Virus record (IMG/VR): IMGVR_UViG_3300014205_009256
Coordinates: 14,330 to 78,329 of that record
DNA length: 64,000 bases
Direction: 5' to 3' (one strand)
Source: a virus
Taxonomy: Duplodnaviria; Caudoviricetes
Shown: one piece after another, positions 56,447 through 64,000 of the stretch
Numbering within the stretch: position 1 is the first letter of the stretch
Layout: the number at the start of each line of letters is the position of its first letter
Notes under the pieces: generated by a model
The model's database searches: none
The model's input: only the letters and a program-made list of their open reading frames with translations
Told to the model about the DNA's origin: nothing
Made by a program: the position numbers and the translations under genes

Positions 56447-57320
56447 AAAACTTTGGCTTGGAACCGTGGATGCCGCTTGGGACACGCCCGGCAATTGGTC
56501 GCCTGCGGGATTGCCGCAGGACGGCGACGCCGTGCGATTCGTCGGCGCGTCGCAGGGTATGGTGAGATTGTGCGCCACCGGCCCGGCGAATCCAGTGCAT
56601 CTGGTGTCGATTTTTGCTGAGGCCGGATACAACGGCATCAGCACGCAATACTGGACGTTGGCCGATTACGCGATCTGCTGCTTCGACCGCATCACCGTCG
56701 ATCAGATGGAACTGGCCGGCCATATGCAAAGCACCCAGGGAACCCTTTCCGGGGGCGGAAGTAGTGGCGGAAGCGGGGGTGGTACTTCCGGGGGTGTCAT
56801 TCTCAGCGGCGACTACTGCAAACCCTACATGTTGACGGTGGCCGGCGATCTGATTGTGCGGGGGCAATACAACGGCACGTTCATGGATTGGTCCCTCGAT
56901 CCCTACTGCGGCGTGTGGGTGCAGGGGCGATTGCTCGTCGAAGGCAACAGCGCCGAGATTAACGGCTATCGCTTCGACGGTGAAGTGATCGTCACTGGTA
57001 GCAACGCTGGGTTCTGGGGCGGTAATGGGCCGGATTGGACCGATTGCCGGTTCAACTCGGCGATCCACCTGTTCGGACCCGGCGCGTTTCTGGGGATCAA
57101 CGGTATGACCAGTCACGGCGGCAATATCTATGTCTATCGCCCCGAATCGTTCGGTTTCGATTTCTGGGGCTGGCGGGGTTTCGACGCGAACTGCGGCGTG
57201 AAGATCATGCGGCGAACGCATCAGCCGCTCTACTGGAACATGCCCATCTATCTGGATCAGGCCTACGGCGGCCCCGCCCCCGGCCCCGCCCCCGGCATGG
57301 CCGGAATGGGAAGTATGTGA
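56439..57320 (+). CDS. Trp/Gly-rich beta-rich hypothetical protein, adhesin-like N-terminus
   Basis: WLGTVDAAWDTPGNWSPAGLP; Gly/Ser linker. Confidence 0.6.
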   Translation: MAEKLWLGTVDAAWDTPGNWSPAGLPQDGDAVRFVGASQGMVRLCATGPANPVHLVSIFAEAGYNGISTQYWTLADYAICCFDRITVDQMELAGHMQSTQGTLSGGGSSGGSGGGTSGGVILSGDYCKPYMLTVAGDLIVRGQYNGTFMDWSLDPYCGVWVQGRLLVEGNSAEINGYRFDGEVIVTGSNAGFWGGNGPDWTDCRFNSAIHLFGPGAFLGINGMTSHGGNIYVYRPESFGFDFWGWRGFDANCGVKIMRRTHQPLYWNMPIYLDQAYGGPAPGPAPGMAGMGSM

Positions 57321-57745
57321 TGAGCCGAATCGTGGATATCGCGGACGCGGTGGTGACGGCGTTGAACGCCGGGCCGTTCGACCCGGCGCTCCAGGCGGTG
57401 CGGTCGTACCAGCCGGGTTACGAACTGGAACAGTTGAAGGAACTGCGCATCACGGTGGTGCCGCGCGGGATGGAACAGACCGGTGCGACGCGTGCCATGA
57501 CCCAGCGGGATGTGCAGATCGACATCGGCATCCAGAAGAAACTGGCCCAGACCAACGCGGCCGAAGTGGATGCGTTGCTCGACCTGGTGCAGCAGATGGC
57601 GGATCACATTCGCACGGTGCGCCAGTTCGGCCCGGCGATCTGGGTGAAGACGGAAAACACACCGATCTATTCGGTCGAACACATGGAACAACTGCGGGTC
57701 TTTACCAGCGTCCTGACGCTGACCTTGCGGATGGTGACGACATGA
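57320..57745 (+). CDS. Tail terminator-like protein
   Basis: MSRIVDIADAVV...IDIGIQKKL; position. Confidence 0.65.
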   Translation: MSRIVDIADAVVTALNAGPFDPALQAVRSYQPGYELEQLKELRITVVPRGMEQTGATRAMTQRDVQIDIGIQKKLAQTNAAEVDALLDLVQQMADHIRTVRQFGPAIWVKTENTPIYSVEHMEQLRVFTSVLTLTLRMVTT

Positions 57746-58167
57746 TCGGTTTCGACATCAAGCAACTGTTCTTCGACAAACCGGCGGTGATCAACGCTGT
57801 CGATCGCGCCACGCGGAAAGTGCTGAGCAAATTCGGCGCGTTCGTGCGAACCACCGCGCGACACTCGATCCGCAAGAGAAAACAACCCGCGCCGCCCGGC
57901 AAACCGCCGTCGAGTCACACAGGCCTGCTGAAGAAGTTCATCTACTTCGGCTATGACCCGTCAAAACGTAGCGTGGTGATCGGGCCTGTGCGTTTGAGCG
58001 AACGCGGGCGGGGCGAACTTCCGGGGGCGCCGCCGCTGTTGGAATACGGCGGCACCCGGAAGGTGGGAAAGAAAGTGGCGTTTTACAAAGCCAGACCTTT
58101 CATGGGCCCGGCGTTCGAGAACGAAAAACCCCAACTGCCCGCGATGTGGGCGAGCAGCGTGAAATAG
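57742..58167 (+). CDS. Tail completion protein (HK97 gp10-like)
   Basis: SKFGAFVR...PGKPPSSHTG...ARPFMGPA. Confidence 0.7.
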   Translation: MIGFDIKQLFFDKPAVINAVDRATRKVLSKFGAFVRTTARHSIRKRKQPAPPGKPPSSHTGLLKKFIYFGYDPSKRSVVIGPVRLSERGRGELPGAPPLLEYGGTRKVGKKVAFYKARPFMGPAFENEKPQLPAMWASSVK

Positions 58168-58178
58168 GAGCAACAACC

Positions 58179-58622
58179 ATGTCTCAAGAATTCCTGCTCG
58201 GCATGAACGCCAAAATCTACCAGGGCCCTTCCGGGGGTGCGTTGGCCACACTCACCGAGATGGCCAACGTCAGGGACGTGACACTCACGCTCAACGCCGG
58301 TGAAGCCGATGTCACCACGCGCGCCAACCAGGGCTGGCGCGCCACCGCGCCGACATTGCGCGAATGCACCGCCGAGTTCGAGATGCTCTGGAAGCCCGGC
58401 GATGCCGGGTTCGACGCCATCAAAACGGCCTACCTCTCCAGCGACACGGTGCGTTTGGCCGTACTTACCGGTGCGCAGGACGCCGCCGGAACGGAGGGGC
58501 CGGTGGGGGATTTCTCCATCACCAACTTCAGTCGCAGCGAGCCGCTGGAGGAAGGTGTCACCGTTTCCGTCACCGCCAAACTCGCCGTCTTCGACCAGTG
58601 GCTGAAAGTCACCGCCCCCTAA
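58179..58622 (+). CDS. Major tail tube protein
   Basis: NVRDVTLTL..GEADVTTR...GDFSITNFSRSEPLEEG. Confidence 0.8.
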   Translation: MSQEFLLGMNAKIYQGPSGGALATLTEMANVRDVTLTLNAGEADVTTRANQGWRATAPTLRECTAEFEMLWKPGDAGFDAIKTAYLSSDTVRLAVLTGAQDAAGTEGPVGDFSITNFSRSEPLEEGVTVSVTAKLAVFDQWLKVTAP

Positions 58623-58696
58623 CCCCCCCCGGAAGTAAGCCCGCCCCCGGCCCCCGGAAGTAGTAACGATTCCGTATCTACATATAGGAGCGCCTC

Positions 58697-59176
58697 GTGA
58701 AAACCTTCACTGACGCCGCCAGCCGTACCTGGACCCTCACGCTCAATCTCGGCACCGCGATGGCGGTCAAAGACAAACTGCACATCGACCTGCTCCAGCC
58801 CGAGCAGGGCGACCCCCCGCTGCTCACACGCCTCGGCACCGACGAGATGTTGCTGGGCGAAGTGTTGCTCGCCTTGCTCGAAAAACAGTTCGAGATTCAC
58901 AAAGTCACCGCCGACGATGTCCGCGCCGCGTTCGACGGGCGCACGCTGCTGGCGGCGCAGACCGCGTTCTATGAGGAACTCGTCGATTTTTTCCAGTCAC
59001 GCGGTCGCAGCGACAGGGCGAAAGCGGCCGCGAAGCAGAAGCAGATGATCGACGCCGCCGTCGCCGCCATCGAGACGAAGATCGAAGCGATCAACGTGGA
59101 CCAGACGATTGCTGGCGCGATGTCTGGCGCATCGCAGGATGTCTCTGTCTCAGCCCCGATGGGCTCCGCCGTTTAA
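58697..59176 (+). CDS. Tail assembly chaperone (gpG-like)
   Basis: Between tube and tape measure; contains T TTT TTC at 58987-58993. Confidence 0.75.
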   Translation: MKTFTDAASRTWTLTLNLGTAMAVKDKLHIDLLQPEQGDPPLLTRLGTDEMLLGEVLLALLEKQFEIHKVTADDVRAAFDGRTLLAAQTAFYEELVDFFQSRGRSDRAKAAAKQKQMIDAAVAAIETKIEAINVDQTIAGAMSGASQDVSVSAPMGSAV

Positions 59177-59403
59177 CCCTTCGGCAATTGTTGTGGATGG
59201 CCGAGGGTTACGGGCAGGATCGCTGGGCGCATACGTCGTTGCTGTGTGCCCTGATCGCCAACGGCAACCGCGACCCCCGGAAGGGGCGACCGTTTAAGCC
59301 GGAGGATTTCAACCCCTATATGAGCAAGCCCCAGCGCGATGACGTGGTGATCGTGGATCAGAACAACATCGATCTGTTGCGAAAAGCATTCACTGGAAGG
59401 TAA
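58987..59403 (+). CDS. -1 frame extension of the chaperone (gpT-like)
   Basis: -1 frame open 58975-59403 encoding DVWRIAGCLCLSPDGLRRLTLRQLLWMAEG...PEDFNPY, with no clear own start. Confidence 0.65.
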   Translation, partial: FFPVTRSQRQGESGREAEADDRRRRRRHRDEDRSDQRGPDDCWRDVWRIAGCLCLSPDGLRRLTLRQLLWMAEGYGQDRWAHTSLLCALIANGNRDPRKGRPFKPEDFNPYMSKPQRDDVVIVDQNNIDLLRKAFTGR

Positions 59404-59441
59404 CCCCCGCCCCCGGAAGGTAACCCCGGAAAGTAAACACC

Positions 59442-59636
59442 ATGCTGAAAAACATCCTCATCATTGTTTTGGTCGTCTTCCTCGTAGTTGGCTGTCTGGA
59501 TCAGGGACGTGCGGGCCATGACGATTGGCTGCCGATGTTCGGGCCGGATGTGCCCGTGCTTTCCCCGCACGTGATGCCGGATGCGGCCGCTGATCGTCTC
59601 GATGTCTATCGGTTCCAGACCGCCAGGGAGAGCTAA
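59442..59636 (+). CDS. Small putative lipoprotein
   Basis: MLKNILIIVLVVFLVVGC signal peptide with lipobox-like VVGC. Confidence 0.55.
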   Translation: MLKNILIIVLVVFLVVGCLDQGRAGHDDWLPMFGPDVPVLSPHVMPDAAADRLDVYRFQTARES

Positions 59637-59638
59637 AC

Positions 59639-61615
59639 ATGCCGTCCGCACAGGGCATCCGAGCAGGCCGCGCCTTCGTCGAGCTGTTCGCTGACGACAG
59701 CAAGCTCGTGCGCGGCCTGCGCGCCGCTGAGAAGAAGCTCAAGGCCTTCGGTGCGGGCATCCGCAATCTGGGCTTGAAGATGATGGCGGTGGGTGCGGCG
59801 GTCGTCGCGCCCCTGGCGGCGGCAGGAAAATACTTCAGCGACTACGGCGACGGCATCGCCAAGATGGCCAAGCGGACGGGCTTGAGCGTGGAGGCGCTGA
59901 GCGAACTGGACTTCGCCGCCGGTCAGTCGGGCGCGTCGCTGGCATCGGTGGAAAAGGGCGTCCGTAAAATGCAAAAGACCCTCGTCGATGCGGTTGCCGG
60001 ATCGAAAGAGGCGGTGGATTCCCTGGCGCTCCTGGGTCTGACCGTTCAGGATTTGGCGGACCTGTCCCCTGAACAACAGTTCAAACTGCTGGCCGATCGC
60101 ATCAGCAAGGTCGAAGACCCGACTCGAAGAGCCGCCATCGCCATGTCGATCTTCGGCAAGTCGGGAACCGAGTTGATTCCCCTCATGGCCCAAGGCGCGG
60201 CCGGCATCGAGGAACTGCAGGCGCAGGCGCGACGCCTGGGCCTGACGATGAGCGGTGAAGATGCGGCGGCGGCGGAAGAACTGAATGATGCACTGGACCA
60301 ACTCTGGCGTGTGGTCAAGATGACCGCCTTCCAGATCGGCGCGGCGCTCGCACCGGCTTTGAAGCAGGTGGCGCAAACCATCACACGCGTGGTGGTCAGC
60401 GTCAATGCGTGGCTCAAACAGAACCGGCAGATCGTGGTCACTGTGGCGAAAGTGGCGCTGGCGGTGGTTGCCGCCGGCGCGGCGCTGGTCGTACTGGGCA
60501 CGATTATCAGCGGCCTGGGTTCGGTCATCAGCGCTTTGATCACCATCATTACTTCCGGGGGCGCGGTGTTCAGCGCTGTCGGTTCCGTGATCGCCTTCCT
60601 CGTCACCCCCATCGGTGCTGTGATCGGGGCGCTGACGGCGCTGGGGGCTTACCTGGTCTGGGCCAGCGGCGCAGGTGGGAAGGCGCTGGCGTGGTTGGGG
60701 GATCGTTTTGCCCAACTGAAAGACGACGCCCTCAAGTCATACCAGGGCATCGGCGATGCGTTGGCGGCGGGCGACATTGCTCTGGCGGCGAAGGTGCTCT
60801 GGCTGACACTCAAGCTCGAATGGACGCGCGGGGTGAATTTCGTCGAGGGATTGTGGTTGAGCTTCCGGGGGTTTCTGATGGACGTGCTGGTCGGCGCGTT
60901 CACCGGCGCGCTGGCCGCGTTGGAGATCGTCTGGCATGGATTGGAAGTGGCGTGGATCGAGACCACCGCCTTTCTCGCCACCGCATGGCAGGGCTTCGTC
61001 AACATCTTCATGCACAGTTGGGAACGGATGAAAGCACTGGCGACCAAGGTCTGGAACTGGATCAAGGGATTGTTCGACAGTTCCCTCGATGTCCAAGCGG
61101 TCAATGCCCAGGTCGATAAGGCGTTGGAACAGCGTCTGGCCGAGATCGACCAGAACACGGCCAACGCCGCCACGGGCATCGAACTGCGCCGGCAGACCCG
61201 CCGTGAGGATGCCGCCGCCATCAATGAGCAAACCTTGGGCGTGATCGGCGACAAATACAACGCCGAACAGGAGCGGCAGGCGAAAGAGCGGGCGCAGTCG
61301 GACAAGGACGCGGAGGAGGCGCTAATCAAAGCCCGTCAGGAATGGGAAGCGGCCATCGCCGAGGCGAAGCAGAAACGTGCGTCCGCTGAATCCAATGTAC
61401 CCGGTATGCCGACTCTGCCACAGCTCCCCGACATTAGTGACATGTTGGACAAGGCGGCGAAGATCAGTGTGACCGGCACGTTCAACGCGTCGGCGCTGTT
61501 CGGATTGGGCACAGGCAACGCGGCGGATCGCACGGCCAAGGCGACGGAAGAGACGGCGAAGAACACGAAGACCCTCATCAACAAGCTCGATTACGGCGGA
61601 TCGGCGTTTGCCTAG
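59639..61615 (+). CDS. Tail tape measure protein
   Basis: 658 aa, Ala-rich helical, IRAGRAFVEL start, hydrophobic middle; follows chaperones. Confidence 0.9.
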   Translation: MPSAQGIRAGRAFVELFADDSKLVRGLRAAEKKLKAFGAGIRNLGLKMMAVGAAVVAPLAAAGKYFSDYGDGIAKMAKRTGLSVEALSELDFAAGQSGASLASVEKGVRKMQKTLVDAVAGSKEAVDSLALLGLTVQDLADLSPEQQFKLLADRISKVEDPTRRAAIAMSIFGKSGTELIPLMAQGAAGIEELQAQARRLGLTMSGEDAAAAEELNDALDQLWRVVKMTAFQIGAALAPALKQVAQTITRVVVSVNAWLKQNRQIVVTVAKVALAVVAAGAALVVLGTIISGLGSVISALITIITSGGAVFSAVGSVIAFLVTPIGAVIGALTALGAYLVWASGAGGKALAWLGDRFAQLKDDALKSYQGIGDALAAGDIALAAKVLWLTLKLEWTRGVNFVEGLWLSFRGFLMDVLVGAFTGALAALEIVWHGLEVAWIETTAFLATAWQGFVNIFMHSWERMKALATKVWNWIKGLFDSSLDVQAVNAQVDKALEQRLAEIDQNTANAATGIELRRQTRREDAAAINEQTLGVIGDKYNAEQERQAKERAQSDKDAEEALIKARQEWEAAIAEAKQKRASAESNVPGMPTLPQLPDISDMLDKAAKISVTGTFNASALFGLGTGNAADRTAKATEETAKNTKTLINKLDYGGSAFA

Positions 61616-61639
61616 CCCCCGGCCCCCCGGAAGTAAGAC

Positions 61640-62467
61640 ATGGCATTGACCTGCACGGAAAATCCCGACTCGCGCAAATACACCGACGGCCAGTCGGCGG
61701 AGTTGTCCTACACGGTGCGCGGCACCGCCGACGAAGCAGCCGCCATCGCCAAATTGAGCGAGACCGCCCCCGGAAGTTTTAACGGGCTGGTAAGACAACC
61801 CGGCACCGTCGAACCGGTGTTCGTCGATGAGGCCAATCCCGACCGCTGTATCTGGACGGGAACGGTTCAATACAGCCCGTATCCGTTCGAGGTATTCCCG
61901 CAGACGGGTGATTCGTCGTTCAGCTTCGATACCTCCGGCGGATCGCAGCACATCACGCAATCCCTGGCGAACGTTCACAAGTATGCGGCGGCTGGTCAGA
62001 CCGCGCCCGACTTCAAAGGGGCCATCGGTGTCACCAAGGATAGCGTCGAGGGCGTGGACATCACCGTGCCGGTCTACACCTTCAACGAGACGCATTACCT
62101 GGCCGACGATGTCGTCACCGATGCGTACAAGGGCATTCTGTTCAATCTCACGGGGAAAACCAACGCCGCCGCATTCCGTGGCCTCGCGGCGGGCGAGTGT
62201 CTGTTCCTGGGTGCGTCGGGTTCCAAACGTAAATCGGCTGGTGGGGTCGATTGGGAGATCAACTTTCGTTTCGCCGGCAGTCCCAACAAAACCAATCTCA
62301 CCATCGGCCCCATCACCGGCATTGCGAAGAAAGGATGGGAGTACCTGTGGGTGCGCTACGCCGACGTGGAAGACACCGCCAGTAAGAATCTGGTCAAACA
62401 ACCGATCGCCGCCTACATCGAACAGGTGTATGAGGAAGGCGATTACACCGGACTGGGGATTGATTGA
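61640..62467 (+). CDS. Tail protein (post-tape-measure)
   Basis: 275 aa, FSFDTSGG...GECLFLGASG...GWEYLWVRY. Confidence 0.7.
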   Translation: MALTCTENPDSRKYTDGQSAELSYTVRGTADEAAAIAKLSETAPGSFNGLVRQPGTVEPVFVDEANPDRCIWTGTVQYSPYPFEVFPQTGDSSFSFDTSGGSQHITQSLANVHKYAAAGQTAPDFKGAIGVTKDSVEGVDITVPVYTFNETHYLADDVVTDAYKGILFNLTGKTNAAAFRGLAAGECLFLGASGSKRKSAGGVDWEINFRFAGSPNKTNLTIGPITGIAKKGWEYLWVRYADVEDTASKNLVKQPIAAYIEQVYEEGDYTGLGID

Positions 62468-63366
62468 TGAACGGCGACCCCTTTCATAAGGTGCAGACCG
62501 GCGACAAGCTGATCATTCCCGCGCAGGCGTACAACGCATTCATCGATGCGGCGAAAGCGGTGCGCGGGATAGGCGCTGTTGGCGCTGGCGGCCTGGGCGA
62601 AGTCGGATCGCAGCCCGGTCTCATCAAGATCAAAAACACGTCGGGTGTGGCTGTCCCTCAATTCGGCATCCTCGGCATCGACGACATTCTGTTTTCTCCG
62701 ACCGACAACCTGCTCGGATTCAAGCGTCAGCCCGTTCTCAAAGGCGTCACCCCCGGAAGTGGAGGTAGCGGTGTCAACCACCGGGGGAAATTCGTCGTCA
62801 TGCTCGAACCGGTGGACGTGAATGCCATCGGGCTGGCCTGCGTCAGCGGCGTCACCATCGTCAAGGTGGACGTGACACGCGAATCATACAATTACGCCGA
62901 TATTCGTCCCAACAACACGTCTTACCTCCGCGCCGCCCATGTCAGATCGGCCCGAATCATCTGGAAGGAAGCGGGCACCGGTTACAAATGGGCGCTGGTG
63001 TGTTTGCAATCCCCCGCGCCGTACGGCTTCGCCAAGATCACGGCCATGAAAACGTCTTCCGGGGGCGACTGGACGGATTACCCGACCAACAGCGAATATC
63101 CCTTGTACGTCGAAGCCAACCCCTGCTCTGATCTGGCTGGCGGCGACACCGACACCACCATCACGCTGAAACTGGGCATCAACCCTTCCTACCAAACCGG
63201 CTACGCCGCAACCGCGCCCACCGGCATGATTACCCAGGTCGGCGCTGTGGTGGGCTACCTGTCCTTCACCTGCTACAAGCTCGCTTCGCCGACCCCCTAC
63301 ACCTTCGACGGCTGGATCGTTCCCTACATGGGTGGCTGCTGGCCCGACTGGGTGAGGGCGCATTGA
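62464..63366 (+). CDS. Tail-associated protein
   Basis: 300 aa; coupled to upstream gene. Confidence 0.65.
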   Translation: MMNGDPFHKVQTGDKLIIPAQAYNAFIDAAKAVRGIGAVGAGGLGEVGSQPGLIKIKNTSGVAVPQFGILGIDDILFSPTDNLLGFKRQPVLKGVTPGSGGSGVNHRGKFVVMLEPVDVNAIGLACVSGVTIVKVDVTRESYNYADIRPNNTSYLRAAHVRSARIIWKEAGTGYKWALVCLQSPAPYGFAKITAMKTSSGGDWTDYPTNSEYPLYVEANPCSDLAGGDTDTTITLKLGINPSYQTGYAATAPTGMITQVGAVVGYLSFTCYKLASPTPYTFDGWIVPYMGGCWPDWVRAH

Positions 63367-63367
63367 G

Positions 63368-64000
63368 ATGGGATGGACCGATCTTCCAACGTGGGACGGC
63401 AATTACCAGAGTTTGGATTTTCTCGGTGAATATACCGGCGCGCTCAACGAGCGGATTCACGCCATCGACCGTCAGCAATGGCGATTTGCCTATCTGCCCG
63501 GTTCCATTGGTTTTCAGGCGGGGGACGTACTGGCGGGGCCCGGCTGGTCCTACGGCATCACGACATTGCAGTCCATCGTGACCAAGCTGCTGACCTACGG
63601 CTGGTTCGTCAAACATCTGGACATCAACGGCCAACCCATCAGCGATCTGGACGGCAGCGCCAACGGGCTGATGTATCTGAACCACTGGAACATGGCCAAC
63701 GCCGCGCCCGTATTCACCGGCCTTCCGGGTGCGACGAGTTTTCGGCGATACCGTGTTCATCCCGGCGAGGGCGGGCAACCCCTGTTCGGCGGGATGACCT
63801 CCGGCGATATCGTCGGGCGGTGGATATTCGAGGACCTCCAACGCGCCATCAATCTGCTGGTCTGGACGGCGCATTGGGGATACTGGCCGACGGACAATCG
63901 CCCCAAAGCCAAGTCCGCCAGCGGTTCCACGCCCACCGAGGCACTGACCAACTTTGCATCAGCCGAGGAATACGAGCCGGGTTACGGTCAAACCAGTCAG
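63368..64000 (+). CDS. Tail-region hypothetical protein (partial)
   Basis: Open frame MGWTDLPTWDGNYQSLDFLGEY... to the window end, my translation. Confidence 0.6.
   Translation, partial: MGWTDLPTWDGNYQSLDFLGEYTGALNERIHAIDRQQWRFAYLPGSIGFQAGDVLAGPGWSYGITTLQSIVTKLLTYGWFVKHLDINGQPISDLDGSANGLMYLNHWNMANAAPVFTGLPGATSFRRYRVHPGEGGQPLFGGMTSGDIVGRWIFEDLQRAINLLVWTAHWGYWPTDNRPKAKSASGSTPTEALTNFASAEEYEPGYGQTSQ

Larger units (their letters stand above)
44843..63065. repeat. Dispersed iterated motif CCCCCGGAAG(T), at least 28 exact copies
   Basis: Hand count: 15 forward, 13 reverse, plus about a dozen near matches; coordinates in findings. Confidence 0.95.
31057..64000 (+). mobile_element. Siphovirus-like prophage with serine recombinase (partial, continues past window)
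   Basis: Recombinase, replication, terminase, portal, capsid, tail tube, chaperone and tape measure genes; no sheath seen. Confidence 0.85.

Noticed and set aside
44843-63065. Iterated motif as a CRISPR array or REP family
   Set aside because: Spacing is irregular, the unit is only 10-11 bp, there are no cas genes, and most copies are not palindromic
44843-63065. Iterated motif as codon bias or a recurring peptide
   Set aside because: It occurs in several frames, on both strands and in intergenic DNA
62464-64000. Possible DGR target in tail genes
   Set aside because: No reverse transcriptase and no template/variable repeat pair visible in the window

Overview
GC-rich bacterial window made almost entirely of mobile DNA; the gene families resemble prophage/ICE-like elements I associate with Planctomycetota, but that taxonomy is inference only. 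Left (1 to ~20 kb, mostly minus strand) is the end of a phage-like element: DUF669, an AAA_24 ATPase, a degenerate tRNA-like fold, a PD-(D/E)XK exonuclease, an ECF-like sigma factor, two unknown proteins sharing a C-terminal HTH, an XRE/ImmA pair, and a type I R-M operon with two HsdM subunits (NPPF and NPPY) plus embedded AIPR and nuclease genes. The middle (20-31 kb) is defence cargo: a Lamassu/ABC-three-component-like pair (nitrilase-fold protein plus Rad50/SMC-like ATPase) and a type ISP R-M enzyme bracketed by a 28-bp imperfect repeat. Right (31 kb to the window end, plus strand) is a second related element, a siphovirus-like prophage: DUF2924, large serine recombinase, two mosaic unknown proteins, sigma factor, primase-helicase, ParB-methylase, HNH, terminase, portal, protease-capsid and tail genes. 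The most striking unexplained signal is the 10-mer CCCCCGGAAG, with at least 28 exact copies (hand count) between 44.8 and 63.1 kb on both strands, inside genes and directly after stop codons, and none seen in the left 43 kb. Other highlights: a 13-bp box shared by the XRE and hsdM promoters, a covarying hairpin leader before both sigma genes, and domain-shuffled paralogs across the two elements. All family assignments are from motif recognition, not database searches.
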